A stretch of 64,000 nucleotides of DNA from positions 2,336,001-2,400,000 of the forward strand of contig OY969763.1 of the NCBI GenBank assembly GCA_963702845.1, read 5' to 3'. This document shows, piece by piece, positions 46,665 to 57,736 of the stretch. The translations under genes and the position numbers were made by a program. The notes beneath the pieces were generated by a model that saw only the letters and a program-made list of their open reading frames with translations, was not told the origin of the DNA and searched no databases. Source of the stretch: an uncultured Verrucomicrobiae bacterium. Lineage in GTDB: Bacteria; Verrucomicrobiota; Verrucomicrobiia; Limisphaerales; Palsa-1400. The stretch's first letter is position 1. The number at the start of each line of letters is the position of its first letter.

Positions 46665-49442
46665 TCACGGCAGCGTCATCAGAACTCGATAAAACCGCGC
46701 CGGACCATTTAGCGGTAGTGAAACGTGCACGACATCGTTCGTCGCCAATATCGAACTGCCCACATTCCCCCAGCTATTCGAGGTCAGAGTAGTGGAAGAT
46801 TGGATTTGGTAAGAAGTATTCAGGAGGGCTGTCCAATTAAACGCTACGTTGCCACCGCCCACCGCTGCGGAATATAGAACCGGCGCAGGAAGCGCTTGCA
46901 CAGTCACATCATCGAGCCCAAATGCACCCGGCGTGTTGTTGAAATCAAATTCCAATGTCCCGCTGGTCCCCGACGGATAAACGATATACTGCATGTTCGT
47001 CCAACCGAACACCGCGAGATTCGTGCCCGTGAAAAGAGTCGCACCATTCCATTTCGCTGCGAAGCCGTTTGGCGTGGTATTGCCTCCATCGTCGGGAACA
47101 CCCGTCAGCGAGTACCAGATCAGCAATGGTTGGCCCGGAACCGTCGGAACGGTCTGCGACAATTTCCCATTATCAGGCCATTGCCCCAGGTAACCGCCAT
47201 AAAGTCCGGACCGAACGAACAACGTATCCGCCTTTCCCGGCAACGCCTGTTGTCCCGCAATTTCAGCATCATCGGCCGCAAGCGCGAAAGTAAGACTCGT
47301 ATCCCCAACGAGAGTCCAGTAATCAAGCGCGCCATTTTCAAATCCACCGTTGCCCACGTACAAATCAAATTGCCGATTCTGCGTCGTGCCGGCGGGGACG
47401 TTGTTGAAAGCAACGTTGCCGCTGGCGTGCGTGATCAAAAAGCTATTCGCATTCGCGTTGAGGCTCACCGTCACCGTCGTGCTGGCACCAGGATTCAACG
47501 TGCCGCCCGTCGCCGAAACATTCAGCCAATTCGCACTATTGTTCACACTCCACGTCAAAGCCGTCGAACCCGTGTTCGCGAGGGTGAAAGTCTGCCCCGT
47601 GACGCTAAATGGGCCGCCACTTTTGCCAAACGAAGTGAAACCTAGCGGAGACGTGACCCGCAATGTCTCCGAAGGCGGCGCCAGCAGCGCATTGAACAGA
47701 TTCGTGCTGATCGTTCCCAATCCCGTGCAAAGATCATAACCAGCGACAGCGGAATACTTCGTCGGGCTCGCTGCATTCGTGTTCCTACCGGTCGTGATGT
47801 CGTGGAAGCTCGAGAGATAATTCGTGCTCTTGCCGATCGCATAAAGCACCGGATTCATAAAGCCAATCGGCGGCTTACCGTCCGCCGCAGCCTGTTGATT
47901 CACCAGCGCCATGAAACCGGCCCACAACGGCGCGGCCAGACTCGTGCCCACCAGTGGAAAATCAATTGGGTCAAAAAACTCATAACCCCAGGTAACAGTG
48001 ATGTTGTCGGCTACCAATGCGACGTCCGGCACGTTGCGCATGGTTGAAGAACCTTGATTGGCCGCCATGTTGATACCTTGTTGCCATGACGGAATAGGGT
48101 AAGTCATGCTCACACCACCGCCCGATGCATACTCCGGCGAGCCCTGTGACGGATCAGCGGGTGTGAGCCAAACTGTTTCCGATTTGTAGAATCCGTTGGT
48201 ATCCGTCGTCAGTGAGGTTCCTCCGACAACCGTGATGTAAGGATCATCAGCCGGTTCATCAGTTGCCGACGTAAACGCACCGGAATCGCCGCTCGCCAGG
48301 AAAAAGCTCTGACCTTGCGCCGCGTATTGTTGGAAGATCTGCACTGTCGAAAGATTGATATCCATCCCGTACGAACAACTCAGTTGTTTGGCCTGATTAT
48401 CCGTAGCCATCCGATTCAGCACATCATTGATCTGGGCTGTCGTTGTCGGGTTCTGGATATAACCCGTCCCAAGCGGAGGCTCATCCAATGGGGTAGGTCC
48501 GATATACACCAAAACTTTGCTTAACGATGGCGCCATCGCGATCGCCATCTCGATATCGCCGGTGGTCTCCAGGGCATAAGACAGGTAACCATCCTGATCA
48601 AGCGCGTTCGAATCATCGTCCGTCCCGCCATCGACTAAAACCGATTCCACGGGGACGTACGGAAAAATAAAGGACTCATCTTCGTAAGCCTCGATATCCT
48701 GGATGGAGTAACCATAAAGTTCAAAAATCCCGACTGACTGTCCCTCGCCCTCCTGCGACAGGTCAGGCACGTAAGCGTCACGGAACTGATACCCTTGGTA
48801 AGGGCCGGTGTAAGTGCCGCTCCCGCCACCGCCTCCACCCCGCGGGCGGATTTTTGGAGACGTGCTCGACCGGTGTATCTTCGGACGCGGTGTCACATAG
48901 TTATCCAAACCACTGATCGCCAGCACCGGCGTCTTCAGCTCCAATGACGGCTCGACATCCGGTGAGAAGAATTCGCGATTCTCTTTCGGATGTTTGAACC
49001 TCTGCAAATGGACGTTAAACGCATTCTCGATGTCCATCACCGAACCGCTGACATCAACCAGCGTGCGGTTGGGATGCGCGTGGGTGACTTTCAGGTGATG
49101 GGCTTTCGCGAATTCAACCACCGACTGGTAATCCTCCGCGCTCGGCCCAAACGAAGCCGCAAACTCATTTGCTGTCAGAAAATGGCGAAAGTTCGGGCTG
49201 GACGGATTATAAACGTCTTCGAGGAGGTTTGTGAGCTGCTCCCGATTGCGCAACGGCAAACCGATCGTCACCTCCATGTGATGATTGGCCTCGAGCCTGC
49301 CCAGAGGGGAAAGTTTCTTTGTAATGTTGCGGACATGGCCGTGGAGCACCTGCGGTTGATCAGCCCCGGTTGCCGACGCGAATGGAACAGCCAGTGCCGA
49401 CAAAAGTGCTACGCCGAGAAGGATTTCTAATTTCATGTTCAT
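46665..49442 (-). CDS. Secreted S53 (sedolisin/kumamolisin-like) peptidase with pro-domain, BACON-like domain and C-terminal FYRV-type domain
   Basis: Pro-domain VYNPSSPNFRHFLT; catalytic ETTGD, ASGDSG, GTSLAAP; GYDLCTGLG; ends RFYRVLMTLP. Confidence 0.92.
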   Translation of the reverse strand: MNMKLEILLGVALLSALAVPFASATGADQPQVLHGHVRNITKKLSPLGRLEANHHMEVTIGLPLRNREQLTNLLEDVYNPSSPNFRHFLTANEFAASFGPSAEDYQSVVEFAKAHHLKVTHAHPNRTLVDVSGSVMDIENAFNVHLQRFKHPKENREFFSPDVEPSLELKTPVLAISGLDNYVTPRPKIHRSSTSPKIRPRGGGGGGSGTYTGPYQGYQFRDAYVPDLSQEGEGQSVGIFELYGYSIQDIEAYEDESFIFPYVPVESVLVDGGTDDDSNALDQDGYLSYALETTGDIEMAIAMAPSLSKVLVYIGPTPLDEPPLGTGYIQNPTTTAQINDVLNRMATDNQAKQLSCSYGMDINLSTVQIFQQYAAQGQSFFLASGDSGAFTSATDEPADDPYITVVGGTSLTTDTNGFYKSETVWLTPADPSQGSPEYASGGGVSMTYPIPSWQQGINMAANQGSSTMRNVPDVALVADNITVTWGYEFFDPIDFPLVGTSLAAPLWAGFMALVNQQAAADGKPPIGFMNPVLYAIGKSTNYLSSFHDITTGRNTNAASPTKYSAVAGYDLCTGLGTISTNLFNALLAPPSETLRVTSPLGFTSFGKSGGPFSVTGQTFTLANTGSTALTWSVNNSANWLNVSATGGTLNPGASTTVTVSLNANANSFLITHASGNVAFNNVPAGTTQNRQFDLYVGNGGFENGALDYWTLVGDTSLTFALAADDAEIAGQQALPGKADTLFVRSGLYGGYLGQWPDNGKLSQTVPTVPGQPLLIWYSLTGVPDDGGNTTPNGFAAKWNGATLFTGTNLAVFGWTNMQYIVYPSGTSGTLEFDFNNTPGAFGLDDVTVQALPAPVLYSAAVGGGNVAFNWTALLNTSYQIQSSTTLTSNSWGNVGSSILATNDVVHVSLPLNGPARFYRVLMTLP

Positions 49443-49600
49443 AGCAAAGCACGCTCGCCGCACCGCAAAAAGTCACTCCCGTAAATCAGCCTTGATGCTA
49501 CCCGCAAACCAAAAACGAATCAACGAATACACGCATCAGAAGTTGCTGATAGTTTCATCATTGCGAACACCCGCGTTTTATGTTCCCTTTCCGACGACTT

Positions 49601-50146
49601 ATGACAGTCAAACTGTCCATACTCGCAATTTGCCTGGGATTATTGGTGGCGCTCGTCAACCTCGCCGGACTCTTGATGCCCGCGCCCGTGACCGCGTTCG
49701 CGCGCAAATTTCCGCGCAACACCGCCATCGGTTACGTCCTCATGCTCATCGGCACCCTTTGGTTTCTCTACAACGTCAGCATCGAATCGCTCGCAGATTT
49801 CGAATCGATGAAGAAATTCCTTTTCGGCCTCTTCGTCGCCATCGCCATCGGCACCTGCATCTTCGTAAAAGATTTCCTGGCCGTGCGCGGGTTGGCGATT
49901 GTCATGCTGCTTCTCGGCAAGCTCATCGTCGACAGTGCGCGTTGGGTTGATTCTGATTGGCGATTGGTCATGGTCGTTTGGGCTTACCTTATGATCATCG
50001 CCGGCATGTGGCTGACGGTTTCGCCCTGGCGATTGCGCGACGCGATCAACTACAGCACCGCAAACGAAAAACGCCTTCGGATGTTAAGCGCTGCCCGGCT
50101 CGCCTTTGGCGTGCTCGTCGCCATCCTTGGTTTTGTGGTATTCTAA
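49601..50146 (+). CDS. Hypothetical membrane protein
   Basis: Several TM segments; first gene of a tightly packed three-gene run. Confidence 0.75.
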   Translation: MTVKLSILAICLGLLVALVNLAGLLMPAPVTAFARKFPRNTAIGYVLMLIGTLWFLYNVSIESLADFESMKKFLFGLFVAIAIGTCIFVKDFLAVRGLAIVMLLLGKLIVDSARWVDSDWRLVMVVWAYLMIIAGMWLTVSPWRLRDAINYSTANEKRLRMLSAARLAFGVLVAILGFVVF

Positions 50147-50155
50147 TGTGATTGG

Positions 50156-50941
50156 ATGTCCCTCTCATTCACTTTTCTAGGCTCAGGCACTTCGCAAGGC
50201 GTGCCACTCATCGGCAAAGAGTATCCACCTGAGTTTCTCGCCAACCCAAAAAACAATCGCCTTCGTCCGTCCATCTACGTCGCCAGCGACAAGACCAAAC
50301 TGGTCGTCGACACCACGCCGGAGTTTCGCATCCAAATGTTGCGTGAGAAAATCATGTGGCTCGACGCCGTCGTCTTTACCCACTCGCACGCCGACCACAT
50401 CATGGGTTTGGACGACTGCCGTCGGTTCTGCGATATCCGCGAAGGTCGCCTGCCGATTTACGCGAACGAAGCAACCATGAACGATCTGAGACGCGTGTTT
50501 CGCTATGCGTTTATCGACGAGCCCATTCCCAAGGGCTACTTCATGCCCGACCCGCACATCGTCGATGGTCCGTTCACGATCGGCGATTTAGAACTGCAAC
50601 CGCTCGTTTTGCCACACGGCCGCGCGACCACGAACGGCTACTTGTTCATTCAAAACGGCAAGAAACAGTTCGCCTACATGAGCGATTGCAAAGAAGTGCC
50701 GCCGGATGTCATCGAAAAAGTCCGCGGCTGCGATGTGGTGGTTCTCGATGCGTTGCGCCGCAACGTTCATCCAACTCACATGTGCCTCGACGAAGCGCTC
50801 ACCGCTGCACGCCGCATTGCGGCGAAGCGGACCTATTTCACTCACCTCACCCACGACTACGATCACGACCTCGCCCAGGCTGAATTGCCGGACGGGGTTT
50901 GGTTTGCCTACGACGGGCTCAAAGTGCAGATTGCGTCGTGA
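50156..50941 (+). CDS. PhnP-like MBL-fold metallo-hydrolase
   Basis: [33 protein letters not shown]. Confidence 0.92.
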   Translation: MSLSFTFLGSGTSQGVPLIGKEYPPEFLANPKNNRLRPSIYVASDKTKLVVDTTPEFRIQMLREKIMWLDAVVFTHSHADHIMGLDDCRRFCDIREGRLPIYANEATMNDLRRVFRYAFIDEPIPKGYFMPDPHIVDGPFTIGDLELQPLVLPHGRATTNGYLFIQNGKKQFAYMSDCKEVPPDVIEKVRGCDVVVLDALRRNVHPTHMCLDEALTAARRIAAKRTYFTHLTHDYDHDLAQAELPDGVWFAYDGLKVQIAS

Positions 50942-52488
50942 AATTTTGGACATTCCTATTTTCCACAATCGTTGCCCTTAGCTCGTTTGCAGTAAACGAC
51001 GGCAATGACGTTGTCGTCGTCTACAACTCGGCGATGGCTGAATCCAAAGACGTCGCCGAACACTACGCCAGCATGCGCGGCGTGCCTGCGTCGCAAGTGT
51101 TGGGAATACCACTTCCCCGCACCGAGGTCATGTCTCGCGCGCAATACCGCGAACAATTACAACAGCCATTGCTCAAATTTGTTGAGAACCAAAAGCTGTT
51201 CACGTTCGAGCGCTCGAAAGTTTCCGAAGCAACCGTGCGCTACATCGTCCTCTGTTACGGCGTCCCACTAAAAATCGCTGCCGATCCAACGATTACGGAA
51301 AAAATCGACCCGAAACTCAAAGGCGACCAGCGCAACAATGGCGCCGCCGTTGATTCCGAATTAGCAACCCTGCCTTCCGTCTATCAGAACCTTGTTCTAG
51401 CCGGACCGCTACAAAACCCCATTTATCGCACGACCAACTCAGCCGCGATCAGTCCCACCAACGGCATCATCATGGTCGCACGTCTGGACGGCCCATCCGT
51501 CGAGATCGCGCGCTCGCTCGTGGACAAAGCCGTGCAAGCTGAGCGCGACGGCCTGTGGGGTCGCGCTTACATCGACATGCGCGGAATAACTAACGGTCCC
51601 TTCGCCGAGTACGACACAAACTTCCTTGTCGCCGCCGAAGCTGCACAGCGCAGCGGATTCGAGACCGTTGTCGACAAAAGCCCCAACACATTCCCGGCAT
51701 CGTTTCCAATGAGCCAAATTGCGCTCTACGCCGGATGGTACGACGAAAACGTTTCCGGCCCGTTCACCCGTAAGAATGTTGAATTCATGCCAGGCGCGTT
51801 TGCGTATCATTTGCATTCCTTCGATGCCCAAACGCTACGTTCCACGAACACGCATTGGGCCGGCCCGTTTCTGGCCCAGGGTGTCGCGGCGACGATGGGA
51901 GCGGTCGACGAACCTTACCTCAGCGGCTTACCTGACGCGGCGGTGTTTTTCACCCGTTGGTTGCTGTTGCACATGACCTATGGCGAATCGGCTTACAGTT
52001 CGTTCGTGACCGTTTCGTGGCAAGGGACAGTCATCGGCGATCCGCTTTACAACCCGTTCCGCAAACCTGCTCAGCAACTCCACGAAGAACTCGCTAAACG
52101 CGGCAGCAAACTTCTCGAGTGGTCGCACCTCAGAGTTATCAATCTCAACACTGCAATGGGAACACCCGTGCGCGAATTGGTCCAATATCTCAATCAGGAG
52201 CCAACGACCAAAACAAGTGCCGTGCTTTCCGAAAAACTGGGCGATTTTTATAGCGATCAAGGCAAACCGGAATCGGCTATTTTTCAATATCGCCAGGCAC
52301 TAAAACTGAGTCCCTCACCTCAACATGAAGTCCGGTTGCGCCTGAACTTAATCCAGAAACTGATTGCTGCCGGCAAACACGATGAGGCGGTTGCTGAATT
52401 CGAAGAATTCCGCAAACACTGCCGCGACTATCCGGACATGGCCGCGCTGGAGCAACAGGTGCTCACAAAACAGAGTCCCGCGCGTTAG
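50938..52488 (+). CDS. TIGR03790-like protein with C-terminal TPR
   Basis: [49 protein letters not shown]. Confidence 0.85.
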   Translation: MKFWTFLFSTIVALSSFAVNDGNDVVVVYNSAMAESKDVAEHYASMRGVPASQVLGIPLPRTEVMSRAQYREQLQQPLLKFVENQKLFTFERSKVSEATVRYIVLCYGVPLKIAADPTITEKIDPKLKGDQRNNGAAVDSELATLPSVYQNLVLAGPLQNPIYRTTNSAAISPTNGIIMVARLDGPSVEIARSLVDKAVQAERDGLWGRAYIDMRGITNGPFAEYDTNFLVAAEAAQRSGFETVVDKSPNTFPASFPMSQIALYAGWYDENVSGPFTRKNVEFMPGAFAYHLHSFDAQTLRSTNTHWAGPFLAQGVAATMGAVDEPYLSGLPDAAVFFTRWLLLHMTYGESAYSSFVTVSWQGTVIGDPLYNPFRKPAQQLHEELAKRGSKLLEWSHLRVINLNTAMGTPVRELVQYLNQEPTTKTSAVLSEKLGDFYSDQGKPESAIFQYRQALKLSPSPQHEVRLRLNLIQKLIAAGKHDEAVAEFEEFRKHCRDYPDMAALEQQVLTKQSPAR

Positions 52489-52571
52489 CAGGCAGCTGTT
52501 ACCCTTAGCTTCGATTCCAGCAATCGACAAAAACCGCTTGCTCACGCACGCGGCTCTGTTCCCGACTCGCC

Positions 52572-53603
52572 TTAAGCTCCCATGCCTTCTTCGAAGGAAC
52601 CGGCGGCCATCGGGAAGCACAGATTGTCGCGCACGAAGGCGATGCCGTTTGCGCTGGTCGCATCGAGATCGCGATAGGCGCTTTCGGCTTCGACGACGAG
52701 CGGCGCGGTCTTTCGTCCCATGATCTTGCAATAGCGTTGCACGAAGCCAGTGTGGATCAGCAGCTCAACGTAGCGACTCATGTTCAAATCGCCCGACGGG
52801 ATGTCCACAAATTGCATCGCGCGCTTTTGCCAGGACGGTTCCATCATCCGCAGCGGCAGTCCGGGACGGATGACAAAATTCTTCACGTGGCACGCGTAGA
52901 TGCGCGACGCGACTTTCAAGAAGCGCGTTTCCCACGATTCACCTTCCCAGCAGTGTGACGGGTCAGCATTCACGCCCAACACTTTGTCGCCGTCGCACGC
53001 ATCCACGAGCATGTTGAAATCATCGGCACACATCGCGGCGGTGCCGGGATGAATTTCGTGCGCGAGATAAATGCCAAGTTTCTTGGCGTGCGCGCGAAGC
53101 TTCGCAGTTTTGGTAGCAAAACGTTCTTTGCCTTCTTCGATCAAATCGTAATCGCCACCCTTCCAGAATCCCCACGGATAACCAGTCGCTAATTCCCAAC
53201 CAAATGCCACACCCCAGAACATTGGCATGATCTTCACGCCGAGCTCAGCGGAGAGATCCATCAACTTCAGCAAATAATCCTCGCTCCACTTTTCAATCGC
53301 CTTGGCATCCTTCTTCGCGACATCGGGCGGCAGGAACGGACGGACCGTCGGGCTGTTCGTCCATGCCGTCGTGTGAACCCAGAACGGGCAGTGTGCCGAG
53401 ATGCCGTCGAGGATCATGTGGCGTTGCGAGAAAGTCTCCTTGATTTCCTTCGCGCTCTTAAAACCTTTATCGCTTTGCAGCATGTAATTGGACGGCTGCG
53501 CGCCTTTGGCTCCGGAAACCCGGGCGTAGTCGAGGAAGTCAGCGAGAGACTTCGCGCCATGTTGCGCGCCTTCGATGCTTGGATGAAAAATTGTGTCAGC
53601 CAT
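52572..53603 (-). CDS. Sugar phosphate isomerase/epimerase (xylose-isomerase-like TIM barrel)
   Basis: HEIHPG, DPSH, HVK, EAE metal-binding motifs. Confidence 0.88.
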   Translation of the reverse strand: MADTIFHPSIEGAQHGAKSLADFLDYARVSGAKGAQPSNYMLQSDKGFKSAKEIKETFSQRHMILDGISAHCPFWVHTTAWTNSPTVRPFLPPDVAKKDAKAIEKWSEDYLLKLMDLSAELGVKIMPMFWGVAFGWELATGYPWGFWKGGDYDLIEEGKERFATKTAKLRAHAKKLGIYLAHEIHPGTAAMCADDFNMLVDACDGDKVLGVNADPSHCWEGESWETRFLKVASRIYACHVKNFVIRPGLPLRMMEPSWQKRAMQFVDIPSGDLNMSRYVELLIHTGFVQRYCKIMGRKTAPLVVEAESAYRDLDATSANGIAFVRDNLCFPMAAGSFEEGMGA

Positions 53604-53750
53604 AAAATTAGATGTTATGAGTTCGTTGTGTTGACAGTTTGCGAGCGTAAAGCCCTGTCTCGTAGGAGGCAATTGGATTTTTCAACGCAAAGACGCCAAG
53701 GGGGCAAAGATGCGAAAGTGGCGAGAACGGAAAAAATTCGTCGGAAAGTC

Positions 53751-53820
53751 GCACATTGCCGCACATTGTCACACATTCCCGCACATTGTGGCACTTTTGT
53801 GTAAAATAAGTGGCACTTTT
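53751..53820. repeat. 4 x 10-bp tandem repeat followed by an 11-bp-period repeat
   Basis: GCACATTGCC GCACATTGTC ACACATTCCC GCACATTGTG, then GTGGCACTTTT twice 22 bp apart. Confidence 0.88.
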
Positions 53821-54366
53821 TAACGTTACAGAGAGCATACCCGATGGGGAAAGTAGCACAGAAAGTGGATGGTTGATGGTCGACGGAACCGAAAATGTTT
53901 CTTTTTTAAAACCGATATTACCCGGCACTACTCGATACCATGCGCTACCCACCCGCGGACACGAATATGCAATTTTCGCTGTTTTTGAAGCGAAATTGAT
54001 CTTCGTTCGTGTTTTTGTTGCGGTTTGCATGGCGTGTTGTTTCCATTTTTTTCTTTTAAAGGGCTTGCTTGCGGCACCTCTTCCCTACCCAAGTAGAGCA
54101 TGCCGTAGTTTAACATGAAGCCACTGTTTGTTAACTATTACAGAATCGACCTATAGGACAGGAACTGGAGTAAAGGCATCGAAAACCAACTCAAGGTGGA
54201 AGCATCTGCAAACTAAAGGAAAATGGCGGCGTCTTTCCAAAAACGAACGATGTTAGGGAGTGATACCTTTTGGGCCCCGTTTGCCGACTTGAACCTGTGA
54301 GAGCCGATCACAGGCGCGAGCACCCAGACGAATGGAGGATCAAAGGTTTAAGAAAGGAGTAGTGTT

Positions 54367-54765
54367 GTGAATCAGACTGTGGAGGAATGGAACAAGACGC
54401 TGGTGCTAATGGCCTTCGACACCTTGTTTAACAAGCGGGACTACCAGGCGGCTGAGCGCTATTGGTCACCTCACTACATTCAGCACAGCGCCCATATCGC
54501 GCCGGGTCGCGAAGGCCTGTTTAATCTCGTCAAGGGCAGCCCGCCAACGCTCAAGTATGAGCCCGGCACAATCGTAGCCGAGGGAGATTTTGTAATCGTA
54601 CACGGCCGGTTTTCAGGAATCGGGCAGCCGGTCAACTGGATTGCCGCTGACATTCTTCGCGTCCAGGACGCAGTCTTAGTCGAGCACTGGGATGTGATTC
54701 AAGACGAAGCCAAACGTGAGGAATCAAAAAGCGGCCTTCCTATGTTCGGCGACGAGTTTGGTTGA
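54367..54765 (+). CDS. SnoaL-like / NTF2-fold protein
   Basis: YIQHS, AEGDFVIVHGR, EHWDVIQ; AAGGAG RBS. Confidence 0.9.
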   Translation: MNQTVEEWNKTLVLMAFDTLFNKRDYQAAERYWSPHYIQHSAHIAPGREGLFNLVKGSPPTLKYEPGTIVAEGDFVIVHGRFSGIGQPVNWIAADILRVQDAVLVEHWDVIQDEAKREESKSGLPMFGDEFG

Positions 54766-56334
54766 GTGAACGCTAAATCGCATAAGTATAGGCTGAACGC
54801 AGTTCTGGCTGCCACGATCCTCGGGTCGAGCATGGTGTTTATCGACTCGACGGTCGTGAATGTCATCCTCCCCCGGCTTCAAGTGGAACTGGGCGTCACC
54901 GGCGTCCAGATCCAGTGGGTGGTGGATGGCTATCTGCTCTTTCTCTCGGCGCTGCTCCTGTTGGGCGGGGCTCTGGGCGACCGCTTCGGGAGGCGCGTTG
55001 TTTTCGAGACGGGCATTGTCGTTTTTGCGGCGGCCTCGGTGGGTTGCGGGCTGTCCCGCAGCTTGTGGTCACTCACTCTGGCCAGGTGCGTGCAGGGAAT
55101 CGGGGGCGCAATGCTGACGCCGGGGAGCCTCGCGATCCTCAATGCGTGCTTTCCTGGCGCCGACCGCGGCAAGGCCATCGGGACCTGGTCGGGCTTCACC
55201 GCGATCACGACGGCTCTTGGCCCAATGTTAGGCGGTTGGTTGAGCGACAGCTTTTCCTGGCGGTGGGTCTTTTTCATCAACGTGCCGCTGGCACTGGTCA
55301 CGTTGTTCATTAGTCGCAAGTTTGTTCCCGAACTGCGCCCGGATGCCGCCCGACCCGCCCTGGACCTCAAGGGAGCCGCCGCTTCGATGCTCGGCCTCGG
55401 GGGTGTTACGCTGGGCCTGGTCGAGTCGGCGCGTGCCGGAGTGCAGAGCCCGTATGTCTGGACAGCTCTCGTCGGCGGTTTGCTCCTGCTGCTGCTGTTC
55501 CTTCGACTTGAAAGTACCTCGCCGGCCCCAATGCTGCCCTTGAGCCTTTTCGAGTCGAAAGTGTTTTCCGGGGCGAACGCTCTGACCTTGCTGCTCTATG
55601 GCGGCTTTGGCGCGGTCTTGTATTTTCTGCCCTTTAACCTGATTCAGGTTCAAGGGTTCACCGCAACCCAGTCCGGCGCTGCGATTTTGCCGCTCGTATT
55701 GATCATGTTCCTGATCTCGCGCTGGTCGGGAAGCGTATATGACAGGTTCGGGGCGAGGCTGCCCTTGACCATCGGTCCGCTCCTGGTGGCGTACGGATTT
55801 CTGTTGCTGGGCTATTTGCCGGGGTTCCACTCCCACTATTGGACGCAATTCTTTCCAGGGATCGCGGTGCTGGCGATCGGGATGGCCATTTGTGTTCCGC
55901 CGCTGACCACGGCGGTGCTGGCGGCGGCGCCGGATAAACGATCCGGCATCGTCTCGGGAGTTAACAACGCCGCTGCGCGATTGGGATCACTCCTGGCTGT
56001 GGCTGGCTTGACCCTCTTTGTTTTCTTTTCCTTTGCCCGGCATCTGCAAATCGAACTGGGCCCTCTGGCGATTAATCCGGACACCAAAGGCCAGCTCATG
56101 GCGCAGTCGCAAAGCCTGGCCGCGCCGAAGATTCCTAAGGCAGATCCGCGCGTGAAATTTCTACTGACGCAGGCGGTTGCTGAGTCGTATTTAAAGAGCT
56201 TCCGGGAGGTGACTCTGATTGCCGCGCTGCTGGCAGTTTCGGGCGCGGTGGTCGGCTGGACGACGTTAAAGGGGGTCGGCGTCGAAGCCGGCGGGAAGAG
56301 TTCCCAAAGGCAGATGCGTCAATGGACTTGTTAG
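54766..56334 (+). CDS. MFS drug:H+ antiporter (DHA2, 14-TMS)
   Basis: DSTVVNVILP, GDRFGRR, WRWVFFINVP. Confidence 0.92.
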   Translation: MNAKSHKYRLNAVLAATILGSSMVFIDSTVVNVILPRLQVELGVTGVQIQWVVDGYLLFLSALLLLGGALGDRFGRRVVFETGIVVFAAASVGCGLSRSLWSLTLARCVQGIGGAMLTPGSLAILNACFPGADRGKAIGTWSGFTAITTALGPMLGGWLSDSFSWRWVFFINVPLALVTLFISRKFVPELRPDAARPALDLKGAAASMLGLGGVTLGLVESARAGVQSPYVWTALVGGLLLLLLFLRLESTSPAPMLPLSLFESKVFSGANALTLLLYGGFGAVLYFLPFNLIQVQGFTATQSGAAILPLVLIMFLISRWSGSVYDRFGARLPLTIGPLLVAYGFLLLGYLPGFHSHYWTQFFPGIAVLAIGMAICVPPLTTAVLAAAPDKRSGIVSGVNNAAARLGSLLAVAGLTLFVFFSFARHLQIELGPLAINPDTKGQLMAQSQSLAAPKIPKADPRVKFLLTQAVAESYLKSFREVTLIAALLAVSGAVVGWTTLKGVGVEAGGKSSQRQMRQWTC

Positions 56335-56569
56335 GCCACGGTGGGTAGACGCGACTAAGGTTGTAGGATTGCCAGCTTCCCCAAGTATCCGCAGCGACAG
56401 AGCCTTGAAATTTCCGTCCCTTTGCGCCACGAGGCGAATTCCAACTGTGAGAGCAATACTGGAAATGGGTGCTTGGACTTACCTATCCAACTTGCTGAGT
56501 GCATAAGACAAAACCAACCGCGAACGACCGGTTTTGGACAAGGTTACCGAACCAGCATTGGCAAAATAA

Positions 56570-57736
56570 TCACACTGCCTTCGACAACGAACCTTTGAGG
56601 TAGCCGTGATAGGCGGAAATAAGGTCCTGCCTTTTCGTCGCTACGAGGTACGCGCATGCGCCTTTGAAAAATCTTTGCGCCTCGACCCTATTTCCAAGCG
56701 CCGCATTGATGATCGCCAACTTGGCATTCAGAAGAAGAATCGAACTCTCAAACACGTGATATCTGTTTTTCGCATTTTGAAGCACCCCTGCTAACGATTC
56801 GCGAAACAGGCGGTCAGCCGAAACAAAATCCTTTTCGCGATAGGCGATCATGCCACGAAGACGCGTGACCGCTGGGATTACGATTGCCGCGAGTGTTTTG
56901 CCTTCGACTTTTGACAATAAGACCTTTGCTTCTTCGACAAACTCGAAAGGGTCAAGCAAGTAACTGGCAAGGTCGATACATGCGATCGAATCCTCGTTGG
57001 ATGCAACAAACGATTGACGGCGATATTCAAGTGCCTTGTCGAATTGTTGCGCGACATTATACATCGTGCCGATGTGGGACAGTCGCAACCATTCCGGCAT
57101 ATTCGACGCTGCCGCCTCTTCGCTAAAAAGTTTCATGCCTTGTTCAACCTGGCCGGTGCCGGCCAAAGCTAGGCTCCAATAGCGTGCAACCTCCGCGCGG
57201 CCCATTCCGATTTTTGTGCGTTTGTGCGCCTTATTCAGCTGGTCGATGCATTGCAAAACCTCCTGCCAGCGCCACCATGTGCGCGCAGTGTTCAATCGTA
57301 TGAACAGTTTAGAAGGCGCGGCAAACCAGACGTGAATTACCGGAAACAAAAAGACCACGACGAGCAACAGCGCGCCAATAATAACAATGCCGACTGTTTG
57401 CTGGCGGTAAATACTCCAGGCAAGAAGCACCGCGCAAAAACCGATCGTTCCCTTTGCGTCGACAACGGAGGTCATCCAGCGTTGCCAGAATCCGGGCTGC
57501 TCTCCTTTGTGAAACTGGAGTTCCTCCTTCGGCGTGAGTTGTGGCTGATACTCCGTCGGCGTGACTTTCGCCATCGATTTGTGGATGTAATTCGCGATCT
57601 CTCCTGTGTGAAGTTGCAGTTGCGTCCAGCCTCTTCCTTCAAGAGTTGCTTTTGCTTCCTCGACGTTGGGAGCTTCGACGCGTTCAGCAGATTCCTCTCC
57701 GGACGGATTCTTACCGGACCAAAGGTAGGTTGGCAT
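56570..57736 (-). CDS. Hypothetical membrane protein with PilC/GspF-like N-terminal segment and TPR-like C-terminus
   Basis: MPTYLWSGKNPSGEESAERVEAPNVEEAKATLEGRG, two TM segments, helical repeats. Confidence 0.7.
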   Translation of the reverse strand: MPTYLWSGKNPSGEESAERVEAPNVEEAKATLEGRGWTQLQLHTGEIANYIHKSMAKVTPTEYQPQLTPKEELQFHKGEQPGFWQRWMTSVVDAKGTIGFCAVLLAWSIYRQQTVGIVIIGALLLVVVFLFPVIHVWFAAPSKLFIRLNTARTWWRWQEVLQCIDQLNKAHKRTKIGMGRAEVARYWSLALAGTGQVEQGMKLFSEEAAASNMPEWLRLSHIGTMYNVAQQFDKALEYRRQSFVASNEDSIACIDLASYLLDPFEFVEEAKVLLSKVEGKTLAAIVIPAVTRLRGMIAYREKDFVSADRLFRESLAGVLQNAKNRYHVFESSILLLNAKLAIINAALGNRVEAQRFFKGACAYLVATKRQDLISAYHGYLKGSLSKAV

